In this document: positions 9,099-17,983 of the stretch, one piece after another | Layout of the letters: each line of letters begins with the position of its first letter | Numbering within the stretch: the stretch's first letter is position 1 | From: an uncultured delta proteobacterium | GTDB taxonomy: Bacteria; Myxococcota_A; Polyangia; Polyangiales; Houyiibacteriaceae | DNA: 64,000 bases | Assembly: GCA_963699755.1 (NCBI GenBank) | Contig: CAVOVB010000008.1 | Location: forward strand, 96,001 to 160,000 | Reading direction: 5' to 3' | Program-made: the position numbers and the translations under genes | Notes under the pieces: model-generated | What the model saw: the letters and a program-made list of their open reading frames with translations, nothing else | What the model was told of the DNA's origin: nothing | The model's database searches: none

Positions 9099-10036
9099 CG
9101 AAAGCCCCGTCGCTCGATCTCGATTTCGCCGCCGCTCGCGTCGAGGACCCGGGTGCCGACGCCTTCGATGATTTCCCCAATCTTGCTACCCAGCGTTTCG
9201 GCACCTGCAGACTCGGGCGCAGTGAAGAGCAGCTCGTAGTCTTCGCCCCCACTGAGGGCAAGCGTGGTCGGGTCGAGCGACAGGGCGCTACAGGCTGTTT
9301 CAAAACCGGGTGCTGTGGGCACGGCATCGGCATGGAGGAGCGCGCCGACGTCCGAAGCTATGGCCAGGTGGTCTAAGTCCTGAAGACAGCCATCGGAAAC
9401 ATCCACCGCCGCCGTCGCGAGGCGCGAAAGCGCCGTCGCGGCCTGGCCATTGAGAGGCGGTCGTCTCCAGCGCGCCACGAAATGTTCGGCTCCTTCGAGA
9501 TCGAGCCTGCCGGCCTGTAGAATCGCGAGCCCGAGCGCCGCCGAGCCTAGTGTCCCGGTCACGTAAATCGAATCCCCGGGCTGCGCACCTTGCCGGGTGA
9601 GCGGCTCGGAGATAGGCAGTCCAAAGACCGTCGTGGTCACGGCGAGCGACGGGCCTTGGCTCAAATTGCCGCCGATGACTCGGGCGCCTGTAGCGCGCGC
9701 CGCGTAGGCAAGCCCGTTGATTAGATCGCGGAAGCTCTCGTCCGGCAAGCCTGCGGGAAGCGTCAGGGCGACCACCGATGCGGTCGGCATCGCGGCCATG
9801 GCCCAAACGTCGCTCACGGCGGCCACCATCGCGCGGTACCCAAGCTCGCGACTCGAAAGGAAGTCCATGCGGAAGTGGACATCTTCGACCTGCGTGTCGA
9901 CGGTGACGATAGTCGGTCGGTTTCCGAAGTCCATCACCGCTGCGTCGTCGCCGATGCCGACGAGTAACTTCTTCGATTCGCCGTCTAGGTCGAAACGGGT
10001 TTTGAGCCATTCGATTTTTGCAAACTCATCATGCAT
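9086..10036 (-). CDS. thiL: Thiamine-monophosphate kinase
   Basis: GIGDDAA, DTQVEDVHF, SDVWAM, GGNL, DVSDG, GGEDYEL. Confidence 0.94.
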   Translation of the reverse strand: MHDEFAKIEWLKTRFDLDGESKKLLVGIGDDAAVMDFGNRPTIVTVDTQVEDVHFRMDFLSSRELGYRAMVAAVSDVWAMAAMPTASVVALTLPAGLPDESFRDLINGLAYAARATGARVIGGNLSQGPSLAVTTTVFGLPISEPLTRQGAQPGDSIYVTGTLGSAALGLAILQAGRLDLEGAEHFVARWRRPPLNGQAATALSRLATAAVDVSDGCLQDLDHLAIASDVGALLHADAVPTAPGFETACSALSLDPTTLALSGGEDYELLFTAPESAGAETLGSKIGEIIEGVGTRVLDASGGEIEIERRGFRHFS

Positions 10037-11438
10037 CTTTGGTCGCGGCGGGTAGGGTCACCGTGAAGATTGTGCCCTCGCCGAGCGTGCTGGTCACTTC
10101 AATCGTCCCCTCGTGACCGTCGACGAGTTGCCTCACAATCGAAAGTCCCAGCCCGGCGCCGCCATGGGCCCGGGTGGTCCCCGCGTCGACCTGGTAGAAC
10201 GCGTCGAAAACCCGCGTAAGGTTTTCTTCGGAGATGCCCTTGCCTCGGTCCTGCACCGTCAGGACCACAGCAGGCCGGCTCGCCGCGAATAGGGCGGCGC
10301 CAAGGCCCGAGGCGCCTGGAGCGTCGAGCTTGCCTGGCTCGGCGCCGATCGTGACCGTGCCGCCTTCGTGGCTGAACTTCACGGCGTTGTCGGCGAGGTT
10401 GAGCAGGATCTGGCTGAGGCGAACCTGGTCTCCCCACAGCTTGGGCGTATCGTCGCCGACTCGAATGTCGAGCGAAACGTTGTGCTGGTTGGCGGTCGGT
10501 ACGATCGTCGAAGCGAGGTCGGCGAGCAGGGCCCGCGGGTCAACCGCCTCATACGCGAGGTCGAGCTTCTTGGCTTCCAGTCGGCCGAGGTCGAGCAGGC
10601 TGCTAATCAAGCCCAGCAATTGGTCAGCCTTGCTCCGAATGGTGGACAAGAACTCCACCTGGCCATCATTGAGGGCACCAGCGGCGCCGCTCTCGAGCAT
10701 TTCGGTGTAGCCTATGATCGACGTGAGTGGGCTCCGAAGCTCGTGGCTCACTGTGGCTAGGAAGGTGCTCTTGAGTTGATCGAGTTGCTTCAACTCTTCG
10801 AAGGAGGTCATCAGCGCCTCGTTCTTCTGGGCCAGCTCGCGATAGTTTTCGCGGACGCTGGCGATCTGCATCGTCGAGGCGAGCTGCGCGCGATGACCCG
10901 AGAAGACGAGCAGCTCGAGAACGCCGCCGAGATGTGCGGAGATATCTTTGGCAACGTTTTCGCGCACCCGCGGCATCGTCTCGAAATGCGCACGTGCGGT
11001 GGCCGCGTCGACCGCTCCGTCGATCGAGACGAGTGAGGCTGGTGCGCCCTCGGTCTCTGCGGGCACGTAGGGACCGACGACGAAACGGCCGATGGCACGC
11101 CCCTGGTATTGGAGGGGCACGATCCTGTACACGGCGCCCGTGAAGCATGGGTGAACGATCGTCTCTCCGCTTGGCTCCAAGTCCCGCACGACTGCCACGG
11201 TCTTCGCGCAGGCCTGCTCTCCCCGGCTGAGAGTATTGACGTAATTGCAGAGCGGGCGGTCCCGATGCACGTCCGCCAGCAGGTCCCCCTCGTAGGAGAT
11301 CACGCGAACCGGAAGCCCGAACAGCGCGAAGAACGACTTGCATACCGAGGTCACCGAATCGCGGCTCAACACGTCTTCGAGGCGAACCACATCTCCCATG
11401 AGGATGTCAGCCTCACTAGTCTCGTCCTGCATCATCAC
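10029..11438 (-). CDS. Cytoplasmic sensor histidine kinase with N-terminal PocR-type sensor domain
   Basis: Three Cys (PLCNY, QACAK, HPCFTG) + IVPL..IGRFVVGP (PocR-like); H-box SHELRSPL; NLADNAVKF, DRGKGI, GAGLGL; no TM helix. Confidence 0.88.
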   Translation of the reverse strand: MMMQDETSEADILMGDVVRLEDVLSRDSVTSVCKSFFALFGLPVRVISYEGDLLADVHRDRPLCNYVNTLSRGEQACAKTVAVVRDLEPSGETIVHPCFTGAVYRIVPLQYQGRAIGRFVVGPYVPAETEGAPASLVSIDGAVDAATARAHFETMPRVRENVAKDISAHLGGVLELLVFSGHRAQLASTMQIASVRENYRELAQKNEALMTSFEELKQLDQLKSTFLATVSHELRSPLTSIIGYTEMLESGAAGALNDGQVEFLSTIRSKADQLLGLISSLLDLGRLEAKKLDLAYEAVDPRALLADLASTIVPTANQHNVSLDIRVGDDTPKLWGDQVRLSQILLNLADNAVKFSHEGGTVTIGAEPGKLDAPGASGLGAALFAASRPAVVLTVQDRGKGISEENLTRVFDAFYQVDAGTTRAHGGAGLGLSIVRQLVDGHEGTIEVTSTLGEGTIFTVTLPAATKDA

Positions 11439-12106
11439 TCCCGTCGCCCCGGATCGTGTTTGAGCTTCGCTTCCACCTCGTTCACGAGGCTGTTTGGGCT
11501 GATCCCGAACATTGCTTCGAGCTGATGATCTTCTTCTAGCTTGGCCCAGGTCTCGCGTATCAATCCGCGAAGTGTCTGCACGACGCCGTAGCCTCGGGTC
11601 GCTACGGCCTTGTAGATCGGCTCGCGGCTTCGCTGCGCGATGATCTCGAGCTCCTCGTCCGAGCGGATGTTGTCCATGTCGCGTTTGTTGAATTGAATGA
11701 TGATCGGTACGCGCTCGGGATCGATTCCGTTGTCTTTCAGGTTTCGCTTCAGGTTGATGAACGCTTCACGGTTGGCCTCGGATTCGTTGCGTTGCGAGTC
11801 CGCGATGAAGGCGACTCCGTCTGTGCCTCGAAGGACCAGACGCCGGGTCGCGTTGTGCATGACCTGACCCGGAACGGTGAAGAGCTTCAGTCGGACCTTG
11901 AGACCGCTGCCGGAGCTCACCGTGATTGGAAGCATGTCGAAGAACAGGGTGCGGTCGTTTTGGGTCTCGAGCGTCATGAGCTCGCCGCAAGCGGTCGAGG
12001 TTCCGAGCCAGTGGATCGCTCGCAGGTTGCTGGTCTTTCCGCTGAGTGCCGGCCCGTAGTAGACCAGCTTCACAGTCAGTTCTTTCGCGGCGAAGTCGAT
12101 CTGCAT
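11435..12106 (-). CDS. MglA/SofG-family small Ras-like GTPase
   Basis: KLVYYGPALSGKTSN (G1), DRTLFFD, TVPGQ (MglA-type G3), NKRD (G4), AVATRG. Confidence 0.92.
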   Translation of the reverse strand: MQIDFAAKELTVKLVYYGPALSGKTSNLRAIHWLGTSTACGELMTLETQNDRTLFFDMLPITVSSGSGLKVRLKLFTVPGQVMHNATRRLVLRGTDGVAFIADSQRNESEANREAFINLKRNLKDNGIDPERVPIIIQFNKRDMDNIRSDEELEIIAQRSREPIYKAVATRGYGVVQTLRGLIRETWAKLEEDHQLEAMFGISPNSLVNEVEAKLKHDPGRRE

Positions 12107-12133
12107 TCCGAACCGTGGGCTGCTCGAGAGGGG

Positions 12134-12478
12134 TTAGCCCCGCAACAAGAGCAAGAGCCCCGCCCCCATCAACAGCAACATGATAAAGAACGCGGCCCAT
12201 GTCAGCGTCCTTTTGTGCTCGTGGCTAGCCGGCTTGACTCGCGTGTCCTGCAGTTGCTGGGCGGCCAGGCCGATGAGTCGGTCGATCTGTTGGATGGCGT
12301 CTTCGCGGCGCGCCGGGTCCGCCTCGCGGACCGCCCGGTACCGTTTGCCGGCCTCCGGCAGTCGATCGAGGGCGACGCAGACCCCGATGAAACGCCGATG
12401 GGACTCCTCATTCGCCCAGTCGGCCTCGACCCGCCGCCACGCTTCCTCGATCGGATCCACCAATCGAAAGAATAGCAT
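12134..12478 (-). CDS. Hypothetical helical protein with C-terminal TM anchor
   Basis: Same strand as and 27 bp upstream of the GTPase; C-terminal hydrophobic helix; true start may be 12463/12460. Confidence 0.65.
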   Translation of the reverse strand: MLFFRLVDPIEEAWRRVEADWANEESHRRFIGVCVALDRLPEAGKRYRAVREADPARREDAIQQIDRLIGLAAQQLQDTRVKPASHEHKRTLTWAAFFIMLLLMGAGLLLLLRG

Positions 12479-12681
12479 GGCAGACTAGAGCCAATTTTGG
12501 CGTGTACAGAATGAAAATCCGCCAACCATGGCATCGAAGCCCCGATCAGGAAGAGTCGCCGAGGGCACGGGCGTTCTTCCGATTGGCTGGAAGGCTTCCC
12601 ACTGTATCTTGGCCATCCCATACCCACCTACATCATCACAAAAAACCTTTTTAATTCTGCCACTTGGCGGAGAGAAAGAAG

Positions 12682-12711
12682 TTGACAGCAGAGGAGCTGC
12701 GGCCTTAGTTT
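12682..12711 (+). promoter_or_regulatory. Putative sigma70-type promoter of the dcw cluster
   Basis: TTGACA (12682-12687), 18 bp, TAGTTT (12706-12711), ~65 bp upstream of mraZ, with an AT-rich tract upstream. Confidence 0.65.
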
Positions 12712-12720
12712 CCGGCCTTA

Positions 12721-12745
12721 GTGGGACATAGTGGGATCAAGTGCC
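12721..12745 (+). promoter_or_regulatory. Putative MraZ-binding direct repeats
   Basis: GTGGG at 12721 and 12731, GTGCC at 12741 (10-bp period), between promoter and mraZ; matches the GTGGG-type repeats known for MraZ operators. Confidence 0.75.
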
Positions 12746-12777
12746 AATGCCCCAGCAGCTAGGACGAGAGGGTTAGG

Positions 12778-13230
12778 TTGTTCCGAGGACGCTACGAGCA
12801 CGCCATCGATGCCAAGGGCCGCACCTCCGTGCCCTCTCGCTTCCGGGAGGTGATGACGGCGCAGGGCGAGTCCAAGCTGGTGCTGACCACCGGCTTGGAC
12901 AGCTGTCTGGTGGCGTACCCGATGGCCGAGTGGCTCGCGTTCGAAAAACGACTTTCGGGGCTTCCGCAGTTCGACGCAGACGTCGTCACCCTCAAACGGA
13001 TCTACGTTTCGGGCGCAGTCGAGTGCGACGTCGACAAGGTCGGGCGGCTTCTGATTCCGGCGGCACTCCGCAAGCACGCTGAGCTCCAGCGCGACGCCCT
13101 CTGGGCCGGAATGGGAAGCTACATCGAGCTCTGGGCGAAGGCGAGCTTCGAAGACCTCCGCCAGGATGTGCTCGGTGCCGAGGAGCGCCGCTTGGCGATC
13201 GCCAAACGGCTAGCGGAGCTCGGTCTGTGA
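12778..13230 (+). CDS. mraZ: Division/cell wall cluster transcriptional repressor MraZ
   Basis: FRGRYEHAIDAKGR and DKVGRLLIP duplicated motifs; first gene of dcw; TTG start. Confidence 0.96.
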   Translation: MFRGRYEHAIDAKGRTSVPSRFREVMTAQGESKLVLTTGLDSCLVAYPMAEWLAFEKRLSGLPQFDADVVTLKRIYVSGAVECDVDKVGRLLIPAALRKHAELQRDALWAGMGSYIELWAKASFEDLRQDVLGAEERRLAIAKRLAELGL

Positions 13231-14117
13231 CTGCCTTCCAGCACACCGCCGTTCTACTCGACGCGGTGCTCGATCAACTCGCTCCTACCTCGGGCGGTGT
13301 CTATGCCGACGTGACCCTGGGCGGAGGAGGGCATGCCGCGGCTATCTTGGAGCGCAGCGCGCCTGACGGGCGCTTGATTGGGACCGACCGCGACCCGACT
13401 GCGCTTGAAGCCGCTGCTGCCACGCTCGCTTGCTTTGGGGATCGCGCAACGCTTCGCAAAGCGCGCATCGGTGAGCTCGCACAGGTCTTGTCGTCGCTTG
13501 AGATCGAGCAACTCGACGGGCTGGTAGCCGACCTGGGTGTCAGCTCGGCTCAGCTCGATCGCCCCGAACGCGGATTCTCCCTAGCCAAAGAAGGCCCGAT
13601 CGACATGCGAATGGATCCGACCGAGGGTGAAACCGCGTTGGAGTTGATCGGTCGCTGTGATGCCGAGGAGCTCGCAGACCTGATCTACCGATATGGCGAA
13701 GAACACCGCTCACGAAAGATCGCCCGCTCCCTTCGGCGAGCCTATGAAGAGGGCGAGCTCGAGACCACGGGCGACCTACGACACGCTGTTCTTCGCGCAA
13801 TCGGGGGCCGTCGCGGGCGTATCGATCCGGCGACCAAGACCTTTCAGGCATTGCGCATCGCGGTGAACGACGAGCTAGGCGAGCTCGAATCCCTGCTCGC
13901 TCAAGCACCGAGGCTCCTGCGGATAGGGGGCGTGGTCGCGGTCATCAGCTTCCATTCGCTCGAGGATCGACTCGTGAAGCATTCGTTCCGCGACAGCCAG
14001 CATCTCTTGCCCTTGACCAAGCGACCGATCATCGCCTCCCAACAAGAGCGCGAAACCAATCCGAGATCACGCAGCGCGAAACTTCGCGCGGCCCGTCGCG
14101 TGGAGGTGGTCGCATGA
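13227..14117 (+). CDS. rsmH: 16S rRNA m4C1402 methyltransferase
   Basis: HTAVLL, DVTLGGGGH, DLGVSS.QLD, DMRMD, FQALRIAVN, ISFHSLEDR, NPRSRSAKLR. Confidence 0.97.
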   Translation: MTAFQHTAVLLDAVLDQLAPTSGGVYADVTLGGGGHAAAILERSAPDGRLIGTDRDPTALEAAAATLACFGDRATLRKARIGELAQVLSSLEIEQLDGLVADLGVSSAQLDRPERGFSLAKEGPIDMRMDPTEGETALELIGRCDAEELADLIYRYGEEHRSRKIARSLRRAYEEGELETTGDLRHAVLRAIGGRRGRIDPATKTFQALRIAVNDELGELESLLAQAPRLLRIGGVVAVISFHSLEDRLVKHSFRDSQHLLPLTKRPIIASQQERETNPRSRSAKLRAARRVEVVA

Positions 14118-14419
14118 AGGGCCGATTCCTGCCTCTTTGGTGCATCGCCGTGTTTGCGACCGCTGCTGCCTTCGTCGTGCATCTTTCGATTCGATTCGAG
14201 ACGGTGCGTCTCGGATACGAGGTGAGCGAAGAGCGCGGTCGACAGCGTGATTTGCTTCAAGATCGTCGTCTGCTTTCGATCGAAGCCGCGACACTTCGAC
14301 AAAGCGGTCGCATCGAAACGATTGCGCGTGGAGCGCTCGGCATGGAGGTGCCCAAGCCGACCCGCATCGTGACGATGAAAGAGCAGCGCACGCGCACCTC
14401 GGCGGGAAGGGTGCGATGA
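14114..14419 (+). CDS. ftsL: Cell division protein FtsL
   Basis: One TM helix + coiled coil, RIETIARGALGM; position between rsmH and ftsI. Confidence 0.8.
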   Translation: MKGRFLPLWCIAVFATAAAFVVHLSIRFETVRLGYEVSEERGRQRDLLQDRRLLSIEAATLRQSGRIETIARGALGMEVPKPTRIVTMKEQRTRTSAGRVR

Positions 14420-16467
14420 AGAATCGACATCAGAGGTGGTTTCGGGCACGCATTGCGTTGCTCGGCGTCTCCGTAGCCTCTGTGGCGTTGCTGGTCTTGG
14501 TTCGGGCCTTTCACCTTCAGATTGCAAGCGGCGATCGCTTGCGGGAAATGGCCGAAGGGCAGCACCTTCGTGAGTTGCGCGTTTCCCCGCGGCGCGGCGC
14601 GATCTACGACCGGCACGGCGCCGAGCTCGCGGTGAGCGCGGATGTCGATAGCGTCTACGCCAACCCTCGACGTCTCAAGGCGATGGAGCAAGACCCGCGG
14701 ACGGTTGCGAAGCGGATTTCCAAGATTCTCGACCTCGACCCAGAACGTTTGGCGACGCGGCTTGCATCGGACCGCTACTTCGTCTGGATCGAACGGCGCG
14801 TGACGCCCAACGAGGCCACGCAGATTCGCGCTCTCGGCATTCCGGGCATCGAGCTGACGGACGAGGCGCGTCGGTACTACCCGAATCGTCACCTTGCGGC
14901 TCATCTACTCGGCTTTGCCGACATCGATGGACGAGGGATCGAAGGGATCGAGCTGGCCTATGAGGACCGACTTCGTGGCTCGGATCGGCGTGTTGAAGCG
15001 ATTCGAGATCGGCGCGGACACGTCGTATTCGCAGACGACATGGAAGACGACCGTTCGATGCAGGGGCAGAGCGTGGTTCTCACGATCGATAAAGCGATTC
15101 AGCACGTTGCAGAACGTGAGCTTGCGCTTGGTGTTCGAACGTTCGAAGCCCGTGGCGGAAGCGTCGTCGTGATGGATCCGTCGAGCGGAGAGATCCTCGC
15201 GCTGGCGAACTACCCGCCCTTCAACCCAAACGAACCATCGAAACATCCAACCGCCCACCGGCGCAACCGCGCCGTCGTCGACCGTTTCGAGCCCGGCTCC
15301 ACCATCAAGCCCTTCACGATGGCGGCTGCACTGGCAGCGGGAGCGATCAAGCCCAACCAGTCGATCAACTGTGAGAACGGCGTCACGCGGATGGCTGGCC
15401 GTGTCCTTCACGACGCCCATCCGTATGAATGGCTGACGCCGACGCAAATCCTCGCGTACTCGAGCAACATCGGCATTGCTAAGATCGCGCTCGACGTCGG
15501 TAAGAAGAACCTCTATCGTGGGCTTCGACGCTTCGGGTTCGGTGAGCCGACCGGGCTTGCGGTGCCAGGCGAGACCTCAGGCATTCTCCGCCACTATCGG
15601 CGCTGGTACGAGGTCGACGCGGCCACCGTCTCGTTCGGACAGGGGATGAGCGTCACGAACGTCCAGCTGGCAACGGCGATGAGCGCGATCGCAAATGGCG
15701 GGCGCCTGATGCGACCGCTATTGGTCCGCCGGCTGGAGGACGGGCATGGGGCCACCATCGAAGAGAACAAGCCGCAGGTTCGACGCCAAGTAGTTCCTCG
15801 ACGCGTGGCGAAGCTCGTGGGTCAGATGCTCACGTCGGTGACCGAGCCCGGCGGGACCGGGATGGAAGCGGCAGTGGACGGATACCTCGTCGCAGGCAAG
15901 ACCGGCACCGCGCAGAAAGCCGACTACGTCCACGGCGGCTACGCCAAAGACAAGTGGCTGGCGTCGTTCATAGGCTTTGCACCTGCGGATCGACCCGCCG
16001 TCGTAATCTCGGTGGTCATCGATGAGCCGGTGATCGCACACTATGGCGGCACCGTAGCCGGCCCCGTCTTCCGTCGCATCGCGGAAGTCACGCTTCGGCA
16101 CATGGGGATCGCAGCCGAGGGCCGCCCCGCCGTGCTGGCGGAGAAGAAGAAGGAAATCGTCGTAGCCGAAGCCCCGCCTGCTCCCGAGGAAGAAGCCGTG
16201 GAAAAGGGACAGAGCGTGATTCCCGACCTGCGCTCGCTTCCGTTGCGCCAGGCCGTCATCGCGCTTCATGCCGAGTCGCTCGTTGCCGAGGTTGAAGGTT
16301 CGGGGCTGGTCGTCGAGCAAGACCCTGCGCCGGGTAAGGCGGTGGCGCACGGCGCAGCGGTTCGTCTTCGGTTGGAGCGGCGGCAATTCGACACAGAGAC
16401 TGCGGCTGCCGGAGGGCGCCCGCAGACTCTTGCTGCTGCGGTGCAGCGGGGGCCGCATGTGCCCTGA
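14416..16467 (+). CDS. ftsI: Class B penicillin-binding protein FtsI with C-terminal PASTA domain
   Basis: RGAIYDR, RYYP, GIEGIE, EPGSTIK (SxxK), SSN (SxN), KTGT; PASTA-like IPDLRSL..VVEQDPAPG. Confidence 0.95.
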   Translation: MKNRHQRWFRARIALLGVSVASVALLVLVRAFHLQIASGDRLREMAEGQHLRELRVSPRRGAIYDRHGAELAVSADVDSVYANPRRLKAMEQDPRTVAKRISKILDLDPERLATRLASDRYFVWIERRVTPNEATQIRALGIPGIELTDEARRYYPNRHLAAHLLGFADIDGRGIEGIELAYEDRLRGSDRRVEAIRDRRGHVVFADDMEDDRSMQGQSVVLTIDKAIQHVAERELALGVRTFEARGGSVVVMDPSSGEILALANYPPFNPNEPSKHPTAHRRNRAVVDRFEPGSTIKPFTMAAALAAGAIKPNQSINCENGVTRMAGRVLHDAHPYEWLTPTQILAYSSNIGIAKIALDVGKKNLYRGLRRFGFGEPTGLAVPGETSGILRHYRRWYEVDAATVSFGQGMSVTNVQLATAMSAIANGGRLMRPLLVRRLEDGHGATIEENKPQVRRQVVPRRVAKLVGQMLTSVTEPGGTGMEAAVDGYLVAGKTGTAQKADYVHGGYAKDKWLASFIGFAPADRPAVVISVVIDEPVIAHYGGTVAGPVFRRIAEVTLRHMGIAAEGRPAVLAEKKKEIVVAEAPPAPEEEAVEKGQSVIPDLRSLPLRQAVIALHAESLVAEVEGSGLVVEQDPAPGKAVAHGAAVRLRLERRQFDTETAAAGGRPQTLAAAVQRGPHVP

Positions 16468-16480
16468 GTGGAGAGTTGGG

Positions 16481-17983
16481 ATGACGCTCGCGCAGCTCCA
16501 GAATCGTGGTGTCACGGGCCGCATTTCGGGAATGGCGTCGCAAATGGTTCGCGGTGTGCAGCACGACTCCCGACAGGTGAGGTCCGGCGACCTCTTCGTC
16601 GCGCTGCCCGGAGCCACCCACGACGGCCTGAGCTTCGTAGGCGACGCTCTCGAGCGCGGCGCCGTCGCGGTCATGGCCGAACAGGAAGCCGCCTTCGAGG
16701 TTCCTCAGATCACGGTGCCCGACGCACGCGCAGCGCTCGCACTTGCCGCCGAGCTGGTCTACGGTGAACCCACCAGCTTCCTGCATACCGTTGGGATCAC
16801 GGGTACCAATGGGAAGACGACGACCGCGTACCTTCTGAAATGCGCGCTCGAAGGAGTCTCAGCCAAGCCCGCGCTCGTCGGTACGACGGGCCTGCTCACG
16901 CCGAGCGCGGAGCGCGCTTCGCTGCACACGACACCAGAAGGCGATGACATTTCGCGATTCGCGCGTGAAGCGCTCGACGCAGGAGCGACCCACCTGGTAC
17001 TCGAGGTCTCGAGCCATGGCCTTGCGATGCATCGGGTCGACGCCATCGACTTCGAGGTCGCCGCGTTCACCAACCTCTCTCGCGACCACCTGGACTTCCA
17101 CCAGAGCATGGAGCGCTATGGCGAAGCGAAGGCCCGTCTCTTCACCGAGCTAGGGCCCAAGCAGCGGGTCATCCACGTCGACGATCGGTTCGGAGCCGAG
17201 CTTGCCGCCCGCCTGCACGGGCCCGTGATTCGTTGCTCACGCCGCACTGGAAGCAAGGCCGAGATCGTAGCAACCAACTGGTCGGTAACGCGTGCCGGGA
17301 TTCGTGCGGAGGTTCGAACACCGGGAGGGGAGGTCGCGATTGAGAGCCCCATGCTCGGAGAGCACAACCTCGAAAACCTTCTTGTAGGGCTGGGTTGTGC
17401 GTATGCGCTCGGCCTCGACTTGAACGCTGTCACCATGGCCTGGAAGAGCGCCCCTGGCAGTCCCGGGCGACTCGAGCGAATTCCGCACCCGCAAGACGTT
17501 GCCGTGCTCGTGGACTACGCCCACACCCCAGAGGCGCTGCAGAGGGTTCTTCAGACGATGCGCGCGGTGACTCCGAATCGCTTGATCGTCGTATTCGGGG
17601 CCGGAGGAGAGAGAGACAAGGGGAAACGGCCCGAGATGGGCCGGGTGGGCGTGCAGGGGGCCGACCTCTGCGTGTTGACCAGCGACAACCCGCGAAACGA
17701 AGACCCGCAACAGATCCTCGACGAGATCGCCGCAGGCGCGGAGCAGGCAGGGGGCGCTCGTCTCAGCGCGGCCGACCTGATGGCTGCGAGGCGCGGCTAC
17801 TGTACGATCCTCGATCGAGGCAAGGCAATCGAAGCGAGCATCCGAGCGACCGGTATCGGGGACACTGTGCTGCTGGCCGGCAAAGGCCATGAAACTTACC
17901 AGATCATCGGCACGGAGCGAAGGCAGTTCGACGATCGCGAAAAAGCGCGCGCGGTGATCGCGAGCATGGCGGGAGGCGAATGA
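16481..17983 (+). CDS. murE: UDP-MurNAc-L-Ala-D-Glu--meso-DAP ligase
   Basis: GITGTNGKTT, HTTP, EVSSH, DHLDFH, DYAHTP, DNPR (DAP-type), GKGHE; start 16481 or 16457. Confidence 0.96.
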   Translation: MTLAQLQNRGVTGRISGMASQMVRGVQHDSRQVRSGDLFVALPGATHDGLSFVGDALERGAVAVMAEQEAAFEVPQITVPDARAALALAAELVYGEPTSFLHTVGITGTNGKTTTAYLLKCALEGVSAKPALVGTTGLLTPSAERASLHTTPEGDDISRFAREALDAGATHLVLEVSSHGLAMHRVDAIDFEVAAFTNLSRDHLDFHQSMERYGEAKARLFTELGPKQRVIHVDDRFGAELAARLHGPVIRCSRRTGSKAEIVATNWSVTRAGIRAEVRTPGGEVAIESPMLGEHNLENLLVGLGCAYALGLDLNAVTMAWKSAPGSPGRLERIPHPQDVAVLVDYAHTPEALQRVLQTMRAVTPNRLIVVFGAGGERDKGKRPEMGRVGVQGADLCVLTSDNPRNEDPQQILDEIAAGAEQAGGARLSAADLMAARRGYCTILDRGKAIEASIRATGIGDTVLLAGKGHETYQIIGTERRQFDDREKARAVIASMAGGE

